Positions 45,626 through 54,315 of a stretch of DNA of 64,000 bases are shown one piece after another. The translations under genes and the position numbers were made by a program. The DNA comes from Escherichia phage EAWsc9. The number at the start of each line of letters is the position of its first letter. Positions within the stretch are counted from its first letter, which is position 1. Location of the stretch: the sequence record PQ341120.1. One strand, written 5' to 3'. Under the pieces are notes generated by a model. That model was not told where the DNA came from. It worked only from the letters and a program-made list of their open reading frames with translations, and ran no database searches.

Positions 45626-45636
45626 ACTTTTCTCAA

Positions 45637-46062
45637 TTATTTTTGAGCTTTGCGGAAGTTGGAAGCATATGACTGAACAACAGTCTTTTTGATATCATAG
45701 GTGTTAACCAGAACATCAATCAGGGCGCGGCGAGCTGCACCATCTGCCATATCAATTTCTGCAAATGCCTGGAAGCAAATGTCACGAGCATTACCAGATT
45801 TGGACTGGATTTTTTCTTCTTTAACTTCTTCAATTGGGAATTCAATCATTTCAGCTTGGATTAATTCAATGATAGATTCTTTTGACTGTTTGGTGTTTAC
45901 CTTCAGTTCAGAATTAAGGGACTTAGCGATGGCAACAATCTGGGTTGAAGTCAGATGAATAAGTGCATCTTCACGAATGCAGATTTCACATACTTCGTCG
46001 GCAACCATTTTGTTAGTGATGCGGGTAACAGAGAATGCAGAAGTCAGGGTCAGGAAGTTCAT
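45637..46062 (-). CDS. Hypothetical protein, paralog of 45087..45554 C-terminal domain
   Basis: ORF 45637..46143 (non-ATG start codon) trimmed to ATG preceded by conserved leader ...ggagaaataaaATG. Confidence 0.55.
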   Translation of the reverse strand: MNFLTLTSAFSVTRITNKMVADEVCEICIREDALIHLTSTQIVAIAKSLNSELKVNTKQSKESIIELIQAEMIEFPIEEVKEEKIQSKSGNARDICFQAFAEIDMADGAARRALIDVLVNTYDIKKTVVQSYASNFRKAQK

Positions 46063-46168
46063 TTTATTTCTCCAAAGTTTTGTTTGATTCAGTGTGTAAC
46101 TCAGTATGGAATCATTATGCATCCAGTCAATTCGGATGTACACTACTTTTTGAAGAAATATTAAAAAT

Positions 46169-46188
46169 AAACCCGCCGAAGCGGGTTT
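46169..46188 (-). terminator. Rho-independent terminator with UUCG tetraloop
   Basis: Minus strand aaacccgcTTCGgcgggttt followed by atttttaatattt. Confidence 0.55.
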
Positions 46189-46190
46189 GA

Positions 46191-46745
46191 TTAGTTCTTA
46201 TAAAAGCGGAACGGATTTATATGAAAGGCGAGCATAGCCTTAGGGATTGGTCGGGACAGAAGACTCTTGAGCTTCCAGCCACAATAAACACGCAGATAAA
46301 AGGTGATTCCACCGACCTTAAGATAAGGAACAGAAGCAAAAACACCCCAGGCATTATCCGTCCACATCCAGAGCCAGCCATGGTGAGCTTTGTCTGGGGA
46401 GCCGGATTCAACATCAGGATTACCTTTATAATGGAATTCTGAATTGCAATCACGACCAAGCTTGTGGTAAGCAAAATTGTATGCTTTATTTCGCCAGAGC
46501 CAGGCTACTCGTTGGAAGTAAACACCTAACGGCCATTTTCGGATTTTTGACCAACGTTCGACATGACCCCGGTCACCATCAATCGGATTGTCATATGTCA
46601 TCATCCAATCAAATCCGAACGGAAGTTTACCAGTCTTTTTATTATGGAATGGAACTACAAATGGAGCCAGGATAACGGCCAGAATCATGGAGATAAAATC
46701 CAGCGGAACTAACAGAATCCAACTCAAATATTTTAACAGTTTCAT
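46191..46745 (-). CDS. Hypothetical N-terminally membrane-anchored protein
   Basis: ORF 46191..46823 (non-ATG start codon) trimmed to internal ATG; MKLLKYLSWILLVPLDFISMILAVILAPFVVPF then W/H-rich soluble domain. Confidence 0.5.
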   Translation of the reverse strand: MKLLKYLSWILLVPLDFISMILAVILAPFVVPFHNKKTGKLPFGFDWMMTYDNPIDGDRGHVERWSKIRKWPLGVYFQRVAWLWRNKAYNFAYHKLGRDCNSEFHYKGNPDVESGSPDKAHHGWLWMWTDNAWGVFASVPYLKVGGITFYLRVYCGWKLKSLLSRPIPKAMLAFHINPFRFYKN

Positions 46746-46834
46746 ACGTTTCTCTTTAGTTGATTTATAAAAAAGCCCCAACCTTTCGGAAGGGGCTATA
46801 CCTTGTCGGGGTTCCACCTGCAAGGCAAGTGTTC

Positions 46835-47218
46835 TTATCCGCGAGCGAATGCCATTGCAGCGCGTTCGTTGGCACGGTCGGTGATGTTCAAGAATTTATC
46901 ACGAGCAATTTCGATTGGGGCGCCGACCCAGTCAGCAGCACCATTACCCGGAGACTGTTTAGGGCGAACCATATAAGTTGAAACTTTGGAACCAGCTAGT
47001 TTGGCACCTGGCGCCGCGGCATTTTTAACGTCTTTAGCTTTGATGCCAAACCCAGTTACGATACCCCAAGAAACGCCATTAACTGGTTTCTTGAACATAA
47101 CACGGTCACCAATTGAAACACCGGCTTTTTCTGGAGCCACTAAAGAAAATTTACCAGCTTCAGTCAGTACGGATTCGGTGATGGTATTGCGATTTAAAAA
47201 TTCTGCATATGTAAGCAT
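46835..47218 (-). CDS. Hypothetical late protein (possible IP-like N-terminus MLTYAEFL)
   Basis: 127 aa; perfect late promoter TATAAATA 32 nt upstream. Confidence 0.55.
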   Translation of the reverse strand: MLTYAEFLNRNTITESVLTEAGKFSLVAPEKAGVSIGDRVMFKKPVNGVSWGIVTGFGIKAKDVKNAAAPGAKLAGSKVSTYMVRPKQSPGNGAADWVGAPIEIARDKFLNITDRANERAAMAFARG

Positions 47219-47249
47219 TTTGTTTTTCCATTATTAGGGTTGTTGTTAA

Positions 47250-47257
47250 TATTTATA
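47250..47257 (-). promoter_or_regulatory. T4-type late promoter TATAAATA
   Basis: Minus strand TATAAATA upstream of 46835..47218. Confidence 0.6.
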
Positions 47258-47451
47258 TTCCATAGTACCGGATGCACCATCCGCTCGGATTTCTCATACT
47301 ACCGGACGCACCGTCCGCTCTGGAAAAACTCCGTTAAAAGGGTGCGCCGTTTCAGCTGTGGTAGTAAAGAACCAGAACACAGTAAAACTGTGGGAGGAAC
47401 TATACTTCAGGGAACTTCAGTCCGACGACTTACCGGTAGCGACCCGGTTTC

Positions 47452-47691
47452 TCATTCAATTGTAATAGCTAATTTGACTTTAACAACCTTATAATTGGAA
47501 TCAAGGTCATTGAATTCCATAAAATTTGTTGCTAATCTGCGAGTCGGGAAACTTAGATATTTATTATGCTCAGGTGGAGCAGTTAATGCAAACCATGGGA
47601 CTTGTTTATCATTTTCATCAAACTCATCAAAGCTATAAACCAGCTCGTTGTTGGTTATATCCATAACTGCATATGATTCACTAATAACCAT
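47452..47691 (-). CDS. Hypothetical acidic protein
   Basis: ORF 47452..47736 (non-ATG start codon, overlaps tRNA) trimmed to internal ATG with GAGGA upstream. Confidence 0.45.
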   Translation of the reverse strand: MVISESYAVMDITNNELVYSFDEFDENDKQVPWFALTAPPEHNKYLSFPTRRLATNFMEFNDLDSNYKVVKVKLAITIE

Positions 47692-47706
47692 AATATCCTC
47701 GGTAAT

Positions 47707-47783
47707 TGGTCGGGGTGGTGGGATTCTAACCCACAACCTACGGTTTAGAAGACCGTTGCTCTATACAATTGAGCTACACCCCG
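47707..47783 (-). tRNA. tRNA-Arg (anticodon UCU)
   Basis: Hand-folded cloverleaf: acceptor 7 bp, D stem gctc/gagc, anticodon stem acggt/accgt with loop cuUCUaa, T stem gtggg/cccac, encoded CCA; unusual D-loop and T-loop (U19/A56). Confidence 0.7.
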
Positions 47784-47859
47784 GGTGGCCCCATCCGGAC
47801 TTGAACCGGAAACCTGCCAGTTATGAGCCGGATGCTCTAACCAATTGAGCTACAGGGCC
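47784..47859 (-). tRNA. tRNA with anticodon CAU (Met or lysidine-modified Ile)
   Basis: Hand-folded cloverleaf: acceptor ggccctg/tggggcc, D-loop aattggtta, anticodon loop cuCAUaa, T arm tccgg-ttcaagt-ccgga; 3' end encodes CC only; abuts tRNA-Arg. Confidence 0.7.
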
Positions 47860-47864
47860 TAAAA

Positions 47865-48134
47865 TTAAATTACAAATCCAGCGGGAGCATTATCATCTTT
47901 AGCCATGTGCTGAATTGTATGATAAGTCATTTCTTCTGGTGCAACCAGATAAGCCGCTGCGTTAACCAACGGGATTAATTTGACTTTATTAAATGTTGGA
48001 CAACCAATTGACATAAAGGTTTCGCCTGTTGGATGCTGAATTTCGCCAAATTGACACTCATACGAAATAGAGCAACGTTTGGTAGTGGTTGTCTTTGTTT
48101 TAGGGTCGTAAAAAGCTAATTTTAATACTAACAT
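47865..48134 (-). CDS. Hypothetical protein
   Basis: 89 aa ORF. Confidence 0.45.
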   Translation of the reverse strand: MLVLKLAFYDPKTKTTTTKRCSISYECQFGEIQHPTGETFMSIGCPTFNKVKLIPLVNAAAYLVAPEEMTYHTIQHMAKDDNAPAGFVI

Positions 48135-48254
48135 AACACCTCAAGTAAAATTAAGTAAAGTAAGTTTGATTAATAGCACATGCTATTATGAAAGGTTCTT
48201 TGAGGGAAGAACCTTTGGTAATAGAGGGTACTTATTAATAATAACGCGTTTTTA

Positions 48255-48737
48255 TTAAAGCATATCAAGCGCTTTAACAGATGGGATTTGGATTTCTTCT
48301 TCGATTATATATAGCTTAACATAAGAAATTACACGCATGAAATCGCCATCATATTCGCAAGCCATACCAAGGAGCTCAGTAAGGGCTTCATTCAAATAGT
48401 ATGCTTCTTCATCATTATTCAGCAAGGCTTCTAAGTCTTGGATACCAAGAACTTTATCCAAAAATTCATAAGTCAACTGGCCAGATTTTACGCCAGATGC
48501 AATGTGGGCGATAACCAAGTGTTTAACTACATCCCATTCTGAATTACCACATTTATTGCAGTTATTGCAATGCGAACCATGGAAAAGTTCCAGGATATAT
48601 TTGTACTGTTGGATTTCTTGTTCTTCTACACCAAATACCGTTTGGGTTTTATAGTTGTCACCATCATTTTCCCAGGTTTCAATTTCAATCACATAACCTT
48701 TAGGGATGGTCTGACCAAATTTGATATTCATTCGCAT
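48255..48737 (-). CDS. Hypothetical acidic protein
   Basis: 160 aa; contains CNNCNKCGN cluster. Confidence 0.5.
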   Translation of the reverse strand: MRMNIKFGQTIPKGYVIEIETWENDGDNYKTQTVFGVEEQEIQQYKYILELFHGSHCNNCNKCGNSEWDVVKHLVIAHIASGVKSGQLTYEFLDKVLGIQDLEALLNNDEEAYYLNEALTELLGMACEYDGDFMRVISYVKLYIIEEEIQIPSVKALDML

Positions 48738-49117
48738 GTTCCTTCATCAACAATAGTATGCGTATTGGCATTAACAATCTGCCACCAGTCAAAACGGTTG
48801 GAACCATAACAAGGCTTCTTCTCGTTTTCTTTAATGATATCACGCAGTTCATCTTCAGTCGCAGCCTTTGCGATTAAGTCAGCATAACCGCCACGAGGAT
48901 AATAGCTATCACCAGCAAAGAGCAAAAAGTTTGTTTTGATATTCTTGAATTCTTCAAGAGTAATAACTGTTCCACCCGGTTGAACAATATCTACATAACT
49001 ATATCCTAATTTCTGTGCTTCATTTACCGCTTCGAGCAGGGTGTCGTGTGCCCACCCAATTTGACAATCTGGTTTTTCAGATGGGTTTGCCTGATAATCC
49101 GCATACACTTTATACAT
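48728..49117 (-). CDS. Hypothetical protein
   Basis: ORF 48728..49165 trimmed to internal ATG to remove overlap. Confidence 0.45.
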   Translation of the reverse strand: MYKVYADYQANPSEKPDCQIGWAHDTLLEAVNEAQKLGYSYVDIVQPGGTVITLEEFKNIKTNFLLFAGDSYYPRGGYADLIAKAATEDELRDIIKENEKKPCYGSNRFDWWQIVNANTHTIVDEGTCE

Positions 49118-49118
49118 T

Positions 49119-49304
49119 TTACTCACCTTTGGAGATTTTATCCATAACGAAAGAGATTGAACCAATTAAAAATGCAACTACTAAAGAGATTATATTCTCA
49201 GAAGTTGAAAGCATATTCAACATAAAGCCAGCAAACATGCTAAAACCAAAAGCGGTAACAGCAACAAGGGCAGTAACATTTCTAATTAATTCGCAACGTT
49301 TCAT
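49119..49304 (-). CDS. Hypothetical small membrane protein
   Basis: 61 aa with two hydrophobic helices; conserved leader with GAGGAG. Confidence 0.5.
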   Translation of the reverse strand: MKRCELIRNVTALVAVTAFGFSMFAGFMLNMLSTSENIISLVVAFLIGSISFVMDKISKGE

Positions 49305-49332
49305 TTTATTCTCCTCAGTAGTTGATGGGATA

Positions 49333-49361
49333 ATTATACGCTATCCCATTCAAAAGTACAC
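49333..49361 (-). promoter_or_regulatory. Early promoter (GTGTAC-17-TATAAT)
   Basis: Minus strand GTGTACttttgaatgggatagcgTATAAT then leader tatcccatcaactactgaggag. Confidence 0.45.
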
Positions 49362-49616
49362 TTATTTTTTAGGGATACGATAGTAACGCATCTCAACATC
49401 TTTCTGCTTGTGCCACTTTTTGATAAGGTCTTCAGAACCTTTAATGGTAACGATGTCATAGCGACCATCATGCGATACTTCAGCACTTAACTGCATGAAG
49501 TTGTCTAGTGAACGGCGCAATTCCTCATTAGAAAAACTACCACGCGGGGAACCAACATAAGCAAACTCAACTTTTGCATCTGCGGCTTCGTTAATAAATT
49601 CTTGATAAGTTTTCAT
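49362..49616 (-). CDS. Internal protein (IP-type)
   Basis: 84 aa; N-terminus MKTYQEFINEAADAK matches T4 IP capsid-targeting sequence. Confidence 0.7.
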   Translation of the reverse strand: MKTYQEFINEAADAKVEFAYVGSPRGSFSNEELRRSLDNFMQLSAEVSHDGRYDIVTIKGSEDLIKKWHKQKDVEMRYYRIPKK

Positions 49617-49641
49617 GTTGTCTCCAGTAGTTGATGGGATA

Positions 49642-49671
49642 ATTATACTGCAGTTATCCCATCGCGTATAC
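49642..49671 (-). promoter_or_regulatory. Early promoter (GTATAC-18-TATAAT)
   Basis: Same cassette as 49333..49361. Confidence 0.45.
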
Positions 49672-49672
49672 T

Positions 49673-49915
49673 TTATTTTAAGTCTTCCAGACGTTTTTTC
49701 ATCTTGGTGCCATTCTTAGCAATTTCGCCAGCATCAGAACAAAGAGCGAGGAGAGCTTTAACTTTACCCTGGTCGCCTTTAAAAGATGATGCATCTACAG
49801 AATCAGCAAGTTCTTTGATACGTGCAAACAGGCGCTCTGCTTCAGCAAGGGCTTGGCCAAGTTTAACTTCCATACCATGGGAAGATTCTGTTATAAATGT
49901 TTGATAAGTTTTCAT
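49673..49915 (-). CDS. Internal protein (IP-type)
   Basis: Start set to internal ATG giving MKTYQTFITESSHG...; GGAGAcaacATG. Confidence 0.65.
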   Translation of the reverse strand: MKTYQTFITESSHGMEVKLGQALAEAERLFARIKELADSVDASSFKGDQGKVKALLALCSDAGEIAKNGTKMKKRLEDLK

Positions 49916-49960
49916 GTTGTCTCCAAGCCATAAAAAGGGGATAATTATCCCCATTTGTTA

Positions 49961-50260
49961 TTACATCTTACTACCACGAATTACGCCATAAGCGGCGAAG
50001 TCGTCAGTGATATTTTTAGGGGTGTTCTTACCAGTTTCAATGAAGGCAATGCTTGATTTCTGACTAAAAGAGGTAATTTTGTTATAGTTAGAGTCAAGGA
50101 AGGTATAACCATTTTTACGCAACTGGTCAAAGTCTTCAGCGTCGCCTTTACCTTTGAAGTCAACCCATTTGTAGGTGTTTTTCTTCTGAAGGCCCAGAGG
50201 CCAGGTTTTTGCTTCTGCTAGGTAATTGTTTTCTACCAAAAATTCATGAAAAGTTTGCAT
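49961..50260 (-). CDS. Internal protein (IP-type)
   Basis: 99 aa; N-terminus MQTFHEFLVEN; shares GDAEDF...NGY motif with 36426..36686. Confidence 0.65.
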   Translation of the reverse strand: MQTFHEFLVENNYLAEAKTWPLGLQKKNTYKWVDFKGKGDAEDFDQLRKNGYTFLDSNYNKITSFSQKSSIAFIETGKNTPKNITDDFAAYGVIRGSKM

Positions 50261-50268
50261 TTGAAATC

Positions 50269-50541
50269 CTATTTTAAATAAATTGCATATTTTTTATAAC
50301 CAGCCGTCTCATGACGGAGACCCTTGTCATTGGCAAAACGCTCAATGTTATTAATTTGGTTCTGGTCAAGTTCTGAAATGTCAAACGCGAAAAAGTTGCG
50401 TTTGTTGCCAATTGTTATATGGTCAGTTAAGTCAATGCTATACAGGTGATTGATATTGTCAATCATAGCTTTGACCGCTTTACTAATTTTTACTTCTTCA
50501 TTCAGTTGTGACTCGTTGAAAAATTCATTGAAAGTTTTCAT
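50269..50541 (-). CDS. Internal protein (IP-type)
   Basis: 90 aa; N-terminus MKTFNEFFNES. Confidence 0.65.
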   Translation of the reverse strand: MKTFNEFFNESQLNEEVKISKAVKAMIDNINHLYSIDLTDHITIGNKRNFFAFDISELDQNQINNIERFANDKGLRHETAGYKKYAIYLK

Positions 50542-50549
50542 AAGAAACC

Positions 50550-50882
50550 TTATTTATAAAGTTTTGCCAGTTCTTTACGTCCGCGAGCAGACATAATAAA
50601 TTGTTCATCGCCAATTTTAAAATAAGCCATACCGCCGTCAACAGCGATACCAATTTCTTTAGTACCTTCTTTGCCTTTCCACTTGCCACCAGATTTCAGG
50701 ACAGCTTCAACTGCAGCTTTGGAATATTTGGACGTTTGAAAACGTTCATTACCAATCTGAAAGAAAACACCATCTGCATTTTTGGTTAAACCAAATTTCA
50801 GAGAGCCTTCACTATCATCAATTGATTTGGTCTCATTGATGGCGGATTCGGCTAAAAACTCGTTGTAAGTTTTGATGTTCAT
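50550..50882 (-). CDS. Internal protein (IP-type)
   Basis: 110 aa; N-terminus MNIKTYNEFLAES. Confidence 0.65.
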   Translation of the reverse strand: MNIKTYNEFLAESAINETKSIDDSEGSLKFGLTKNADGVFFQIGNERFQTSKYSKAAVEAVLKSGGKWKGKEGTKEIGIAVDGGMAYFKIGDEQFIMSARGRKELAKLYK

Positions 50883-50946
50883 ATTAACTCCGTTTGTTCA
50901 TTCGTTGGTGTAGGAACATAATACTGTACCTACACTTATTTGTACA

Positions 50947-51637
<691 letters not shown>

Positions 51638-51638
<1 letters not shown>

Positions 51639-52315
51639 TATATTACCTTATTAATTTTATCAAAAAGTTCTTCGAGTGTGCCATTGTTTTTAATAACAAT
51701 GTCACTAGCTAGTGGTGGAAGTCCAGCTTCCGTAATGTGTGTATCGGTAGAATGATTTGCTTCATCGCGTTCTACAAAGATTATTGTAGCACCCATCGCC
51801 CGAAGCGAATCAAGTTCGTTCTTTTGACGAACATCTGGGACAACGTAATATTTATATCCAGAATAGAGGTTGTCAAGATAATCGCACGCAAAAGTTTTAA
51901 TCCAAAACATGCTGTCGAACTCTGTACAAACGATGTCAGTTCCAAGGGTCTGCATGAAACGTCTAACTGTCCAGGGCTCAACATTATTTAGTGTGTGAAA
52001 TTCAATGATTTTACGAACCATATCTGGATTCGGAAGGTCAAGATTGTATTGTTGTTTCAACCATTCAAGAGCATCAACCAGAAGAATATAAGCTTCGGTG
52101 TTGTTCATTATCAAGGTTTTTTCACGGTCATAACCTTGTCCATCAAAATTTTCCAGGGTCAAATTGTGTGGCAGGTCTTGACGAATCCACGCTTTATAAA
52201 GCGCTTCTTTAATCGGACCTGCAAGCTGCCACTTTGTTCCGTTTTGACTAATAACATAATCAGCAGTCGTATCTTTACCACTGCGTTTTTTGCCCACAAT
52301 CGCAATTAATTTCAT
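51638..52315 (-). CDS. 1: Deoxynucleoside monophosphate kinase gp1
   Basis: 225 aa; P-loop GKKRSGKDTTADYV; colinear with T4 gp1. Confidence 0.92.
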
Positions 52316-52911
52316 ACGTTTCTCATAGATGGATGCATTGACTTAGACCTGATTTCCTGTTGCATTGCTGCATTACTATCAATCTGTGGTCTACCTTCTA
52401 TTATTATACCATCAATTTCTACAGCAAAAGACTTAAAGTTAAAAGTTGCTGTTGCATTGATAGCCGGGTCAGAATCTTCTTTATATGAGTACTGAATCTC
52501 TGACAGGTCGGACGGCCATGCTCCATAGTAATGGATTGACATGACAATTTTGTCCTTGTTGTTATCTAAGATATGAAGCGTGACCGCTTCGGGGCGACCC
52601 TTCGGATGCCATGCTTTTGATTCGTGTGTGATGTAGTTGTTGAGCGAGAGCATCCATTTATAAATGTCAAGCCATGCTCTTAGGTCTTTGTCACACAGAA
52701 AGTTAACAATCAGCGGGTCGAATTCTATTGTACTACCAGGAAGGCTGGAGCGATTTATACCTTGTGTTCCGCCCGGAACATCCGTCACAGGAATGTGAAC
52801 TCCAGGGAGGGTAACGTCTTGAACGTTGAGTTTAAAGGTCTGTGTGAGGTTTGAATCGCTTACCTCTAATATAAAGTTAGTCGTGTTAGTTTGATTATAT
52901 AAACCTGACAT
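52312..52911 (-). CDS. 3: Tail completion / sheath stabiliser gp3
   Basis: ORF 52312..53073 trimmed to internal ATG (MSGLYNQ...) with AAGGTG upstream; position between 1 and 2. Confidence 0.8.
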   Translation of the reverse strand: MSGLYNQTNTTNFILEVSDSNLTQTFKLNVQDVTLPGVHIPVTDVPGGTQGINRSSLPGSTIEFDPLIVNFLCDKDLRAWLDIYKWMLSLNNYITHESKAWHPKGRPEAVTLHILDNNKDKIVMSIHYYGAWPSDLSEIQYSYKEDSDPAINATATFNFKSFAVEIDGIIIEGRPQIDSNAAMQQEIRSKSMHPSMRNV

Positions 52912-52996
52912 AATGCACCTTGTTTGCTTTAAAACAATCAGTGTTATAATGGTTCTAGACCTTTTGTCCTTACCAATAACACTGACCGATAATAGA

Positions 52997-53830
52997 TTAT
53001 GAATTTCTCCATACTTTCTGTGAAGAGAATCTTTTGCCTTTCGACATAAATTGTTGCAACGGAAGCATAACAACGTTTGCCCAGTCGCTGGGCTTGATTT
53101 CAGTGATAGTACCTTTTATATTGCCAGGTATATATGCTTTAATCATCTGGTCAGCCCCTTTAAATCCCTTCACCTTTGACCAATCAATCTTCAGATGAGT
53201 CTTGTTCGTAATCGTAGGAGTATTGGCATATTGCTTAAGAAGTTCCTCAAGGAACTCTTGACGCGCCTTCGGTGGAATATAGTGCAAGTTCAAACCATAC
53301 ATCAAATTGTGCTTACCTAGCCCAAGATAAATGATTAACGGATATTTGTCCCAGTACGGAAGAGTATCCTTATGCTTTGCATCATAGATATAAGCATAAA
53401 GTTTACCTGGTTGAGGTTTAGCCGTTACGTGGCCACGAACTGATTTCTTAATTGTCTCTGCGAACCATCTGGCGGATTTGGTGTTGCTTGCAGCGCCTTC
53501 GTTAGCAATCTTATCTCTTATGCTCTTCCTAAAGCTATTCACCATTATCAGCTGGCGTTCAGCCTTCGTAAGTTTACCAGCAGGTTTCTTTTTGAGCTTG
53601 GATACTTTATAAGCAGTCTGAATTCTTGAATGATACCTCGACATGCTTTTGGTAAAGGTCGAATAGTTGATTCCTTTCTCTTCAGCAAACTTCTTCGAGG
53701 TCATTCCTTTTTCTTTTGCTGTATAAAATTCAACCCCTATCTCAACCCATTGTTGTTCGGATTTACTGGGTTTCGGACCTGGTTTATCTGCAGATTCATT
53801 GATAAATGTAAAAATACTCATCCTTTCCAT
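52997..53830 (-). CDS. 2: DNA end-protector protein gp2
   Basis: 277 aa; size and position as T4 gp2 (274 aa). Confidence 0.8.
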   Translation of the reverse strand: MERMSIFTFINESADKPGPKPSKSEQQWVEIGVEFYTAKEKGMTSKKFAEEKGINYSTFTKSMSRYHSRIQTAYKVSKLKKKPAGKLTKAERQLIMVNSFRKSIRDKIANEGAASNTKSARWFAETIKKSVRGHVTAKPQPGKLYAYIYDAKHKDTLPYWDKYPLIIYLGLGKHNLMYGLNLHYIPPKARQEFLEELLKQYANTPTITNKTHLKIDWSKVKGFKGADQMIKAYIPGNIKGTITEIKPSDWANVVMLPLQQFMSKGKRFSSQKVWRNS

Positions 53831-54267
53831 CCTAATTTTTTCAGTGAGTTTTCAGTGATTATCCTGAACGTTATACCCATTTTATCTGCGGTAGCTTGCG
53901 CAGCTTTCCATTTGTCAGAGTTAACACTCCAGGTGTACATCTCGTTAATAAATCTCTTTTTACTCGCGGCTGTATTATTAACTGGCTTGGTTGGAGGTCT
54001 TGTTTCTTTTAATGGCTTAACTTCGAAAAAGAACTGTTGTCCTGTATCAAACTTAACCCAGAAATCCATATAATATCTGCGCTTTTTCCCTTCAGCATTG
54101 CAGAAGTATGGAATAATCACAGTCTCAGAGCCCCATTGAACAACGTTCGGATGGTTGTCGAGCCATCTCATCAACCAAGCCTCCCAGCTTGACCGGTATT
54201 GTATTTTCTTCCAGTCGCCCTTATATTTTTCTATATTAGTGGGCTTAAATTTCCCGGAGTATGCCAT
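53818..54267 (-). CDS. 4: Head completion protein gp4
   Basis: 149 aa; [29 protein letters not shown]...; AGGAGG upstream. Confidence 0.9.
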   Translation of the reverse strand: MAYSGKFKPTNIEKYKGDWKKIQYRSSWEAWLMRWLDNHPNVVQWGSETVIIPYFCNAEGKKRRYYMDFWVKFDTGQQFFFEVKPLKETRPPTKPVNNTAASKKRFINEMYTWSVNSDKWKAAQATADKMGITFRIITENSLKKLGWKG

Positions 54268-54295
54268 ATAGCCTCCTAATAAATATTGATATACT

Positions 54296-54303
54296 TATTT
54301 ATA
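54296..54303 (-). promoter_or_regulatory. T4-type late promoter TATAAATA for gene 4 (divergent from 53)
   Basis: Minus strand TATAAATA 29 nt upstream of gene 4 ATG; overlapping plus-strand TATAAATG may serve gene 53. Confidence 0.6.
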
Positions 54304-54315
54304 AATGGAGGCTTT

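Noticed and set aside
47262-47456. Additional tRNA genes downstream of the two annotated tRNAs
   Set aside because: No cloverleaf with a conserved T-loop could be folded by eye on either strand; the region is instead reported as palindromic elements.
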